NCBI GenBank assembly: GCA_031367385.1
Contig: JANLPS010000532.1
Span: forward strand, 1 to 16,159
Source: Archangium sp.
GTDB lineage: Bacteria; Myxococcota; Myxococcia; Myxococcales; Myxococcaceae
Reading direction: 5' to 3'
Length of the DNA: 16,159 nucleotides
Below are positions 7,607 to 15,508 of this stretch, in pieces. Positions within the stretch are counted from its first letter, which is position 1. Every line of letters starts with the position of its first letter. Below the pieces are notes generated by a model that made no database searches, was not told the DNA's origin, and saw nothing but the letters and a program-made list of their open reading frames with translations. The translations under genes and the position numbers were made by a program.

Positions 7607-8799
7607 ATGGCCTCCACGAGTACCGCGATGCCCTGACCGCCACCAATGCACGCACTGCCAACGCCATACTTCGCACCGCGGCGCTTCAACTCGTACAACA
7701 AATGCAGCGTAATGCGCGCGCCAGAAGCAGCGAGCGGGTGACCAACGGCAATCGCCCCCCCATCAACATTGGTTTTCTCGCGCGGTAAGCCAAGCTCTTT
7801 TTCGACCGCCAGGTACTGCGGGGCAAATGCTTCGTTGACCTCGAACAAATCGATGTCACCGAGCTTGAACTGTGCTCGCTCCATCAGCAACCGAATCGCG
7901 GCGACCGGGCCGATGCCCATGATCTTGGGGTCGCAGCCGCTGACGGCCCAATTCATCAATCGTCCCAAGGGCTTGAGCCCTTTTTTCTCGCAGTAGGTGC
8001 GTGTCGCCATCACTGCGCTGGCCGCTCCATCGTTGATGCCTGACGCTGCCCCGGGGTGCACGACGCCGTCTTTCTTGAAGACCTTGGGCAATTTCTTGAA
8101 CCCCTCGAGGGTCGAATCAGGCCGCCCGTGCTCGTCTTTCGAAAAGAAGGTCGAGCCTTTTTTCGACTTGATTTCGATCGGCATGATCTCTTCGGCGAAC
8201 CGGCCTCCTTCGGCGGCGGCGGCGTGACGCTTTTGAGAGAGCACCGAGAACTCGTCGACCTGGTCTTGAGTCAGGCTGTACTGCACCGCCAGATTCTCGG
8301 CCGTCATACCCATGGGCATGTTGGGGTAGGTGTCGAAGAGCCCGGTGATCAGCGTGTCTTCGAGCTGCCCTTTGCCCAGACCCAGGCCCGAGCGCGCGCC
8401 GCGAATCACGTGAGGCGCCTGCGACATCGATTCGGTACCGCCGGCCAGCACGACCTGCGCTTGTTCGGTGAGCATCAGCTCGGCAGCGTTGATGTACGCC
8501 TGAAAACCAGAGCCACAGAGGCGATTGACGGTGAGCGCAGGCACCGCGACGGGCAGCCCCGCACGCAAGCCGACGTGCCGCGCGAGGTAAATCGCGTCGG
8601 TGCTGCTCTGAATCACGTTGCCGTAGACCACGTGGCTCACGTCGTCGGCAGCCACCTTCGATTGCGCCAGCGCGGCCTTCGCGGTCTCGACGCCGAGGTC
8701 AGTGGCGGTAAAATCTTTGAGGGAGCCGTTGAAGGTGCCGAAGGCCGTGCGCTTGCCCGACAAGAAATAGATGTCTTCAGTTTTCGAGATGTTCTTCAT
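7603..8799 (-). CDS. Thiolase (acetyl-CoA C-acyltransferase / 3-ketoacyl-CoA thiolase), 398 aa
   Basis: NRLCGSG (nucleophile Cys), GGTESMS, NEAFA, GHPLAASG, SACIGGGQG. ATG 8799 overlaps the upstream stop (ATGA). Confidence 0.96.
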   Translation of the reverse strand: MKNISKTEDIYFLSGKRTAFGTFNGSLKDFTATDLGVETAKAALAQSKVAADDVSHVVYGNVIQSSTDAIYLARHVGLRAGLPVAVPALTVNRLCGSGFQAYINAAELMLTEQAQVVLAGGTESMSQAPHVIRGARSGLGLGKGQLEDTLITGLFDTYPNMPMGMTAENLAVQYSLTQDQVDEFSVLSQKRHAAAAEGGRFAEEIMPIEIKSKKGSTFFSKDEHGRPDSTLEGFKKLPKVFKKDGVVHPGAASGINDGAASAVMATRTYCEKKGLKPLGRLMNWAVSGCDPKIMGIGPVAAIRLLMERAQFKLGDIDLFEVNEAFAPQYLAVEKELGLPREKTNVDGGAIAVGHPLAASGARITLHLLYELKRRGAKYGVGSACIGGGQGIAVLVEAM

Positions 8800-9524
8800 G
8801 GCGCCGTTCTGTCGTGACCGAAGAGAGAAGCCCCCACCATGCCAAGTGCTCCGAGCGTCCACAACAACCCTACTGCATGCTGTTGACGTAACTCGGTTTT
8901 TCCCACGTCGCTGTACCACGCTCTGGCGGCGTCGATGAATCCTTCAATCGACCACCTTGCTTTCGGCGCGCCGAGCTCGTGCACGCGACGCAGATGGGCT
9001 TTGAGCAAACGCTCTGGGCTCGCGCCGATCAACGCGCCGCTCAAGTACCGGCCTGCGACGTTCGCACCGGGCCGCCGCGAATTCGCAGAGACGACGAAGC
9101 CGCCATTCTCGCAGGGTGTCAGCAACACCAGGCGCGCGCTCGGCCCTTCGGTGTCACTGCGCGGCACGTAGGCCAGGCCCTTCGAAAAACGCACACCCCA
9201 GGGCGGCGCCTCATGCAGCGTCGCGAACACGCCGTGCGCGTGGTGCACGTAGTCGTACATCAACGTCTGCGCGCCGAAGCGCGGGTGCTCGAGGTGCGAG
9301 CCGATCGACACGAAGCCCACCGCCTTGAGCGCGTCATGGGTGGGCTCGAGCGCGCCGGGCACGGTGGTGAGCGGCCCGGGGTCTTCGACGATCAGCCGCA
9401 TTGAGCCTGGCCGCAGCACCAGCCAGGCGCGCCAGAGGTTGAGGCGCAACATCGCGAAGCCGAGCACGAACGCCAGCACCGAGAAAAGTGGAGAACCCAG
9501 GGGCAACACGGCGTCAGCGGTCAT
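8796..9524 (-). CDS. Hypothetical membrane protein with N- and C-terminal TM helices, 242 aa
   Basis: Only the distal part of the 566-aa track ORF is protein-like (from MTADAVLPLG). The rest is antisense to the 9552 gene and recA. Its stop overlaps the thiolase start. Confidence 0.75.
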   Translation of the reverse strand: MTADAVLPLGSPLFSVLAFVLGFAMLRLNLWRAWLVLRPGSMRLIVEDPGPLTTVPGALEPTHDALKAVGFVSIGSHLEHPRFGAQTLMYDYVHHAHGVFATLHEAPPWGVRFSKGLAYVPRSDTEGPSARLVLLTPCENGGFVVSANSRRPGANVAGRYLSGALIGASPERLLKAHLRRVHELGAPKARWSIEGFIDAARAWYSDVGKTELRQQHAVGLLWTLGALGMVGASLFGHDRTAP

Positions 9525-9551
9525 ACCCGATTTTGGATATACAATGCGCCA
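9525..9551. promoter_or_regulatory. 27-bp divergent intergenic region with candidate -10 elements for leaderless transcripts
   Basis: TACAAT (9540-9545) lies 6 nt before ATG 9552. On the minus strand CAAAAT lies 5 nt before ATG 9524. No SD on either side. Confidence 0.45.
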
Positions 9552-10061
9552 ATGGCTCTGTTTCGTCGCGCGGTGACCTTGAGAACCCTGGCTCGACCCG
9601 ACCAAGTCACCGAGGCGCTCGGCAAAGAGGTCAAGCCGGGCACGATGATGCAGCTCGACTGGAGCCGCCGGCAAGACGCCCGGCAGTTTCGTGGCGAAGT
9701 GCAAGGCAACGGCTTTCGCATCGTTCGGCGGGTGCAGTTTCGCAACAGCTTCGCGCCGATTCTCGAGGGGCGGGTCAACGCCATCGAGGGCGGCTCCGAG
9801 GTCGCGATGACGCTCTTCGTGCCGACCAGCGTGGTGCTCTTTCTCATCGTGTGGACGGTGCTCGCCGCCGGTGCCGCGATTCTGGTCGTGCAGCAGATGA
9901 TGCTCGAGAACGAGCTCGAGACCGCGATGACCTTGACCATGGCCACCATACCCCTCGTCGGGCTGGCGGTGGCCTGGCTCGGGTTTTCGCTCGAAGCGCG
10001 CAACAGCGAGCGGGCGATCAAATCGCTGATTCCTCCGTACGCTGGGCCTCTCACGACCTGA
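9552..10061 (+). CDS. Hypothetical membrane protein, 169 aa, with two C-terminal TM helices
   Basis: Soluble beta-rich N-domain (FRGEVQGNGFRIVRRVQFRNSFAPILEG) followed by two hydrophobic helices. GC3-biased codons. Confidence 0.8.
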   Translation: MALFRRAVTLRTLARPDQVTEALGKEVKPGTMMQLDWSRRQDARQFRGEVQGNGFRIVRRVQFRNSFAPILEGRVNAIEGGSEVAMTLFVPTSVVLFLIVWTVLAAGAAILVVQQMMLENELETAMTLTMATIPLVGLAVAWLGFSLEARNSERAIKSLIPPYAGPLTT

Positions 10062-10135
10062 GAGCCTGAAGTGGAGTGTCTGTGCAGCGTCTGCCCCGTG
10101 GACGGTTGGGCGGCCGCGCGTGCTGGGCGAGGTCT

Positions 10136-10151
10136 CGGCACGCCGATTGCT
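10136..10151 (+). promoter_or_regulatory. Sigma54 (-24/-12) promoter upstream of recA
   Basis: CGGCACGCCGATTGCT versus consensus TGGCACG-N4-TTGCW: exact GG-N10-GC spacing and one mismatch. It ends 61 nt before the recA ATG. Confidence 0.7.
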
Positions 10152-10212
10152 CACGGCTTTGTGAACGCGTTCGAGAAATGGTTCTCGCGCATCACAAGGC
10201 AGGGGTTGGGCG

Positions 10213-11247
10213 ATGAGTAAAGTCTCAGAGAAGTTGAAAGCGGTCGCGGCGGCAGTGGCGGCCATCGAAAAACAGTTCGGGCGCGGAGCGATCATGTCGC
10301 TCGGCGATGACACCGAGGTGCAGCCGGTGTCGGTCATACCCACGGGCTCGGTGACGCTCGATCGCGCGCTGGGTGTCGGTGGGCTGCCGCGCGGTCGGGT
10401 GGTTGAGATCTTCGGCAGCGAGTCGTCGGGCAAGACGACGATGACCTTGCATGCGATTGCGCAGGCACAGGCGCTGGGTGGCGTCGCGGCGTTCATCGAC
10501 GCCGAGCACGCGCTCGACCTGGGCTACGCCAAGAAGCTCGGGGTGCGTACCGAGGAGCTGCTCATCTCGCAGCCCGATACAGGTGAGCAGGCGCTGGAGA
10601 TCACCGAGCACCTGGTTCGCAGTGGCGCGGTCGACTTGATCGTCATCGACTCGGTCGCGGCGCTGGTGCCCAAGGCCGAGATTGAAGGCGAGATGGGTGA
10701 TTCGCACATGGGGCTGCAAGCGAGATTGATGAGCCAGGCGTTGCGCAAGCTGACTGGCGCGGTCAGCCGCAGCGGCACCTGCATCATCTTCATCAACCAG
10801 ACCCGAATGAAGATCGGAGTCGTCTTCGGCAACCCCGAGACCACCACCGGTGGCAACGCGCTCAAGTTCTACGCGTCGGTGCGCCTCGAGATTCGCAAGG
10901 CGGGCAACTTGAAAGATGGCGAGAACGTCATCGGCACGCGCACCAAGGTGAAGGTGGTGAAGAACAAGGTGGCTCCGCCGTTTCAAGAGGCCGAGTTCGA
11001 CATCATGTACAACCGCGGGGTCAGCCGGGCCGGTGAGGTGCTCGACCTCGGTACGAGCTTGGGCTTCGTCGACAAGGCCGGCAGCCACTTCTCGCTCGGC
11101 AGTGAGCGCATCGGGCAAGGGCGCGAGCGGGCCATCGAATGGTTGCAGCAGCACCCGGCCGAGATGGAGATGCTGGCGGCCAAGATTCTGTCGACTCCCA
11201 AACCGGGAGCGGCGGAGCCCGTGCGCGGTGAAGAAGCCGTCGCATGA
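10213..11247 (+). CDS. recA: Recombinase RecA, resembling the Myxococcus RecA1 paralogue, 344 aa
   Basis: IEKQFGRG, Walker [67 protein letters not shown]. The N-terminus [18 protein letters not shown] resembles M. xanthus RecA1 as I recall it. Confidence 0.98.
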   Translation: MSKVSEKLKAVAAAVAAIEKQFGRGAIMSLGDDTEVQPVSVIPTGSVTLDRALGVGGLPRGRVVEIFGSESSGKTTMTLHAIAQAQALGGVAAFIDAEHALDLGYAKKLGVRTEELLISQPDTGEQALEITEHLVRSGAVDLIVIDSVAALVPKAEIEGEMGDSHMGLQARLMSQALRKLTGAVSRSGTCIIFINQTRMKIGVVFGNPETTTGGNALKFYASVRLEIRKAGNLKDGENVIGTRTKVKVVKNKVAPPFQEAEFDIMYNRGVSRAGEVLDLGTSLGFVDKAGSHFSLGSERIGQGRERAIEWLQQHPAEMEMLAAKILSTPKPGAAEPVRGEEAVA

Positions 11248-11370
11248 TTCGCTGGGCCACGGTCGCCGCGGGCGCGCTGTTGCTCGCGATGGGGCCGCTG
11301 GTGGCCTCGATGCGCTGCGGTCACGACCCGGCGCGTCGCTCGCGTGAGACCCACCGGGTGGTCAACGGGC

Positions 11371-11471
11371 GGGCCGAGCCGGTGAGCAATCGCCGGGCCC
11401 GGTGAATTGAAATTGCACCTGGTTTTCGCGCGCGGGGTTACCCCGCCGACTTTCACCAGGAGCCATTTCAA
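11371..11471 (+). promoter_or_regulatory. Structured 5' leader: GCAA-tetraloop hairpin plus a 65-nt hairpin containing the RBS
   Basis: CGGTGA-GCAA-TCGCCG at 11380-11395. TTGAAATTGCACCTGGT (11407-11423) pairs 15/17 with ACCAGGAGCCATTTCAA (11455-11471), enclosing GCGGGGT-T-ACCCCGC. Confidence 0.55.
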
Positions 11472-12551
11472 GTGAGCCAAGAGCCGTCATCGAGGGTGTG
11501 GAGCGTGCTGGGGTTCGTGGTGGGGGTCGTGGTGGCCGTCGCGCCCAGTGGGTGCGGCGCGCTTGCCGGGCAGCACCCGGGGGCATGCTCGACCACCAAC
11601 TGCGCGGGGTGTTGCGACTCGACGGGCGCCTGTCAGCTCAACACCAGCCAACGGCAATGCGGTTTCGGTGGGGCAGCGTGCGGCGTGTGCGCGGCAAACC
11701 AGCAGTGCTTGTCTGGCGTGTGCGCGGTCTCGTCTGGCAGCGGCGGGGGGGCCGGCGGCATGAATGGCGGGGCGGGAGGCCTTCGCGACGGCGGAGACTC
11801 CACCAGCCAGCACGACGCGGGGATGCTGACGATGTGCAACATGACGTGCTCGACGTGCTGCGACGCGAACGGCACGTGCCGACCGGGGACCTCGACGCTG
11901 GAGTGCGGGCGCGGCGGTCTCCAGTGTGAGCAGTGCGTGTTTCCGGCGAGCTGCGAGATGGGGGCGTGCAAGGGGGGCGTCGTGAATGGTCACGACGGGG
12001 GCACTGGGGGCGGGGCAGGCGGGGGAACGGGTGGGGGGGGCGGCGGGGGAACCGGTGGGGGCAGTGGAGGGGGAACGGGCGGCGGGGCGGGTGGCGGGGC
12101 CGGCGGGGGAACGGGCGGCGGGGCCGGCGGCGGTGGCGGATCGGGGACGACCCCGGGGGATACGTGTGCGACCGCGCTCGCCCTGGCGCTCTATGAGACC
12201 ACCCTCGTCACGCAGAGCCAGGCAGGGGCGGCGACTGGCAACTACCAGGTCAGCCCATGTGGCGAGACCGGTACGCCGCAGGGTACCGGCCCCGACATGG
12301 TGTTCAAGCTCGTGCTCGACACGGCTTCGAAGATCACCTTGAGCGCCGGTGGCTGCGAAGTGGGCGGGCTGGTCGTCTCGCTTGGTTCATCATGCCCGAG
12401 CACCTCGCCGCTGGCGTGCGGCACGACGAGCGGGTCGCTGAGCTTGAACACCGCGACCTCGCTTGCGGCCGGCACCTACTACGTCATCGTCGATACCAAC
12501 GCCGCGACGCTGTGCAGCTTTTACGTCGACGCCGCGCCGACGGCACCGTGA
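11472..12551 (+). CDS. Cys-rich putative lipoprotein with Gly-rich linkers and a C-terminal beta-sandwich (PPC-like) domain
   Basis: Hydrophobic signal ending in APSG-C28. Two Cys-rich modules (C-x3/4-C-x2-CCD-x2-G-x-C...CG-x-GG-x2-C-x2-C-x5-C-x2-G-x-C), a GGG[AT] repeat linker, then PGDTCATA..GPDMVF..LAAGTYYVIVD. AGGAG RBS before GTG. Confidence 0.85.
   Translation: MSQEPSSRVWSVLGFVVGVVVAVAPSGCGALAGQHPGACSTTNCAGCCDSTGACQLNTSQRQCGFGGAACGVCAANQQCLSGVCAVSSGSGGGAGGMNGGAGGLRDGGDSTSQHDAGMLTMCNMTCSTCCDANGTCRPGTSTLECGRGGLQCEQCVFPASCEMGACKGGVVNGHDGGTGGGAGGGTGGGGGGGTGGGSGGGTGGGAGGGAGGGTGGGAGGGGGSGTTPGDTCATALALALYETTLVTQSQAGAATGNYQVSPCGETGTPQGTGPDMVFKLVLDTASKITLSAGGCEVGGLVVSLGSSCPSTSPLACGTTSGSLSLNTATSLAAGTYYVIVDTNAATLCSFYVDAAPTAP
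11996..12146 (+). repeat. G-rich 12-bp-period coding repeat (Gly-Gly-Gly-Ala/Thr/Ser)n
   Basis: Encodes GGTGGGAGGGTGGGGGGGTGGGSGGGTGGGAGGGAGGGTGGGAGGGGGSG and includes a G8 run at 12033-12040. Confidence 0.9.
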
Positions 12552-12560
12552 GCGGTGGGC

Positions 12561-14177
12561 TTAGCGCTTCGGCGGTAACGGCCGGCCCGGAGGCCTCTGT
12601 GCCCGCATCGGGTTGCGTTTGATGTTGGTGCTCTCGCCATCATCGTCATCGCCCATCAACCCCGCGTCGACCTCGACACTCGCCTGTTCGAGGCCGTCTT
12701 CATCGGCGTTGGTTTGATCTGACGCCGGGTTTCGCCTGGCGGCGACCTGGGCCGGGTGCCGGGTCGGAGGCGGCGTATTCTCGTCTCTCCCGGGGGCAGC
12801 AGGCAGCGCGGGAGGCCTCGACGGTGTCGAGCTGACCGGCGCGGGCCGGGCTTGCAAAATGGGCGAGGTCGGGGGGCGCGCAGCAGGCACCTGCGATTGC
12901 ACCCGGTTCTGGTCTTTCGCCTTCGCGCGGGCCTCGAGCTTGAGGCGCTCTTCGAACTCGTGCCACCGGTCGGTCGCGTCTTCGGGGTCAGGCATGCCGC
13001 GCTCGCGGTACTTGAGCGAGGGCGCCCAGTGCGTCGTCACGTTCTCTCCCAACCCGTGCAACAGCGGCGGCGGAGGCACGCCGTAGGTCGCCGGGTCGAA
13101 GAACGCTTCGTTCAAATCAGTGAAGCCGTACGCGCGGGCCTTCGCCAAGAACGTCGGCAAGATGCCCGTCGGCGCGTGGTACCCGAGCACGTTGCCCTCG
13201 TCATCGCGGGTCACCGGTACGTAGAGCCAGAGATCAGACGTGCGGTAGTCGCCCTTTTCGTTCAGCGGCAAGACCTCCGAGGCGGCGATGGTCTTTCGGC
13301 TGCCGTCTTGGAGGCGCTCGCAACACACGATGAAGTTGATCGCGCTGGCCACCTGCGCCCGAACCGCGACCATCGGCATCTCGACCGAGCTCATCAGGCA
13401 CAGCGACTCGATGCGCCGCAGTGAGTCGGTGGGCGTATTCGCGTGGGTCGTGGCCATCGAGCCGCCGTGACCGGTGTTCATCGCCTGCATCAGGTCGAAG
13501 GCCTCACCGCCGCGCACTTCGCCGACGATGATGCGGTCGGGCCGCAGGCGGAGCGCCGAGTGCAGCAGGTGCCCCATGTTCACCTCGCCCTTGCCGAACT
13601 TATCGGCCGGGCGGCTCTCGAAGGCCACCAAGTGCTCCTGGTTCAGCTGGAGCTCGGCGGAGTCTTCGATGGTGAGAATTCGCTCTTCGTTGGGGATGAG
13701 CGACGACAAGATGTTGAGCAGGGTGGTCTTGCCCGAGCCGGTGCCGCCCGAGACCAGCATGTTGAGCTTGATGCGAACGGCCGCCTCGATGACGCGAATC
13801 ATCGGCTGGGTAATCGAGCCGAACTTCACCAAGCTGTCGGGCGTCAGCTTGTCTTTGAAGAACTTGCGAATCGAGACCGTGGTGCCCTTGCGCGCGATCG
13901 GCGCCAGCACCACGTGAATGCGGCTGCCATCGGGCAGGCGGGCATCTAACCGGGGGCGCTCGTCGGTCATCGGGCGGCCGACGAATTGCGCCATGTTGCG
14001 TGCGGCCCCCATCAGGCCCTCTTCGGTGAACCGGGCGTCGGTCTTCGAGAGCTTGCCTTTGCGCTCGATCCAAATGTCTTCGGGGCCATTGATCATGATC
14101 TCCGTGACCGACTCGTCATCGAGATAGGCCAGCACCGGCTTGAGAAAGGCCCGCAATGACTCGGAGTACATCGACAT
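12561..14177 (-). CDS. cpaF: CpaF/TadA-family pilus assembly ATPase with long C-terminal extension, 538 aa
   Basis: EIMINGP, DARLPDGSRI, SIRKF, Walker A GGTGSGKTT, Asp box TIEDSAEL, Walker B LRPDRIIVGEVRG, His box NTGHGGSMATTHAN. Confidence 0.93.
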   Translation of the reverse strand: MSMYSESLRAFLKPVLAYLDDESVTEIMINGPEDIWIERKGKLSKTDARFTEEGLMGAARNMAQFVGRPMTDERPRLDARLPDGSRIHVVLAPIARKGTTVSIRKFFKDKLTPDSLVKFGSITQPMIRVIEAAVRIKLNMLVSGGTGSGKTTLLNILSSLIPNEERILTIEDSAELQLNQEHLVAFESRPADKFGKGEVNMGHLLHSALRLRPDRIIVGEVRGGEAFDLMQAMNTGHGGSMATTHANTPTDSLRRIESLCLMSSVEMPMVAVRAQVASAINFIVCCERLQDGSRKTIAASEVLPLNEKGDYRTSDLWLYVPVTRDDEGNVLGYHAPTGILPTFLAKARAYGFTDLNEAFFDPATYGVPPPPLLHGLGENVTTHWAPSLKYRERGMPDPEDATDRWHEFEERLKLEARAKAKDQNRVQSQVPAARPPTSPILQARPAPVSSTPSRPPALPAAPGRDENTPPPTRHPAQVAARRNPASDQTNADEDGLEQASVEVDAGLMGDDDDGESTNIKRNPMRAQRPPGRPLPPKR

Positions 14178-14289
14178 GGGCGGCCGATGTTACTGAGCTT
14201 TCCCCGCCGTAGCGACTTTCCCCCACCCCCCGCACTTTTTCTGTACGGCTTCGTGAATTTCGCAAGCGCCCCTGCGTCTCGAGCGCCCC

Positions 14290-14868
14290 ATGACAAAAAT
14301 CCTCCTCCTTCTTGCGCTCGCCCAAACCGAGCAACCGACTTGCCATGTCTCAGGTGACGAACGCGCCTGCGGCTTTCACTGCCGTGCCGAGCTGGGTCAG
14401 GTGCGGTGCGCTCGAACACCCGAAGGGTTTTGCGCTCGGGTCGAAGGCCGTCTGACCTGCTGGGACCCTCCCGAAGAGGTTCGCCTGCACCCCGTGACCG
14501 GCGGGCCCACGCCTCGGTGTGAGGTCAAATACCGCGAAGTTGCGTGTGGTTATGCCTGCCTGACCTCGCCCAGCCACCTCGCCTGTGCGCAGACCCCTTT
14601 CGGCCGCTGCACCACCCGCTTTGACGCCGTCACCTGTTGGGACCCCGCGCCCGAGGTGATTCACGCGTCTTCGGCAGGTGCGCTCGGTTCGGCGTCGTGC
14701 GTTCAGTCAGACCAGGGCGTCGCCTGCGGCTGGAGTTGCAAGAAGTCGTATCAATCGGTGCAATGCGCCCAAACCCCCGACGGCACCTGCTCGGTCATCG
14801 ACGGCAAGATCTCGTGCTTCGACCCACCGGTGCCGCCGATCAGCCACGCGCCGCCAAAGTCGAAATGA
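14290..14868 (+). CDS. Secreted Cys-rich protein with three 6-Cys repeats, 192 aa
   Basis: Short signal MTKILLLLALAQ. Three copies of C-x7-ACG[FYW]-x-C-x8-CA[RQ]TP-x-G-x-C-x8-C[WF]DP. Confidence 0.85.
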   Translation: MTKILLLLALAQTEQPTCHVSGDERACGFHCRAELGQVRCARTPEGFCARVEGRLTCWDPPEEVRLHPVTGGPTPRCEVKYREVACGYACLTSPSHLACAQTPFGRCTTRFDAVTCWDPAPEVIHASSAGALGSASCVQSDQGVACGWSCKKSYQSVQCAQTPDGTCSVIDGKISCFDPPVPPISHAPPKSK

Positions 14869-14884
14869 GATAGACGCCGCAGCC

Positions 14885-15505
14885 ATGAAAGTTCTCCTCG
14901 TGGGTGCCACGGGCGCGACCGCGAAGTACGCGCTCCCGAAGTTGTTGGCGGCGGGTCATCAGGTGACGGCGTTCGTGCGCAACGCGAATGCGTTGACCGT
15001 GAAGCACGAGAGGCTCGCCGTGGCTCAGGGCGACGCTCGTGACCCCGCCGCGCTCGCCGAGGCGGTGAAGGGTCAAGAGGCCGTGATGACGCTCTTCGGG
15101 CCGCGTTCGCTGAAGAAAGACGACCTGCAGGAGACCTTCATGCGCAACCTGGTCGCGGCGATGGAGAAGCACGGGGTCAAGAAGCTGGTGAACCTCTCGG
15201 CCTGGGGCTCGTCGCGCACGCGCCAGTACATCAATCTGTTCTTCTTGCCGATTCGCTACACGATTCTGCGCGCGGTCTTCAATGACAAGGAGCGCGGCGA
15301 GCAGCTGCTCTTCGCCAGCGGCCTCGATTGGGTGAACGTGAGCCCGGGCCGGCTGACTGACGGGCCCGAGAAGGGCAACGTGACGGCGTCAGAAGATGGC
15401 AAAGGCGTGCGCAACTCGATTTCGAGAGCCGATCTCTCGAGTTTCATGATCGCGCAGCTGGGCAGCGACACGTGGGTGAAGAAGTCGCCGATCATCGGGG
15501 CCTGA
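14885..15505 (+). CDS. NAD(P)H-binding atypical SDR (flavin reductase/biliverdin reductase B-like), 206 aa
   Basis: MKVLLVGATGATA Rossmann start, VTAFVRN, GDARD, DKERGEQLLFASGLDW, PGRLTDGP, ISRADL. Confidence 0.9.
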   Translation: MKVLLVGATGATAKYALPKLLAAGHQVTAFVRNANALTVKHERLAVAQGDARDPAALAEAVKGQEAVMTLFGPRSLKKDDLQETFMRNLVAAMEKHGVKKLVNLSAWGSSRTRQYINLFFLPIRYTILRAVFNDKERGEQLLFASGLDWVNVSPGRLTDGPEKGNVTASEDGKGVRNSISRADLSSFMIAQLGSDTWVKKSPIIGA

Positions 15506-15508
15506 GCG

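Noticed and set aside
7680..8200. Locally lower GC within the thiolase gene as a sign of horizontal transfer
   Set aside because: The dip is modest, there are no mobility genes or boundaries, and the gene is coupled to both neighbours.
10161..10175. GTGAACGCGTTCGAG as a LexA/SOS box
   Set aside because: The GAAC/GTTC half-sites are 2 nt apart rather than the 4 nt of Gram-positive and Myxococcus-type boxes.
9525..10496. N-terminal 324 aa of the 566-aa minus ORF
   Set aside because: Antisense to the 9552 gene and recA, and not protein-like. The start was reassigned to 9524.
10225..11154. 309-aa ORF antisense to recA, and similar long shadow ORFs (1451-2377, 2374-3039, 5150-5998, 8056-8817, 12756-13424)
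   Set aside because: Typical by-products of GC3 bias. They overlap well-supported genes and have no recognisable motifs.
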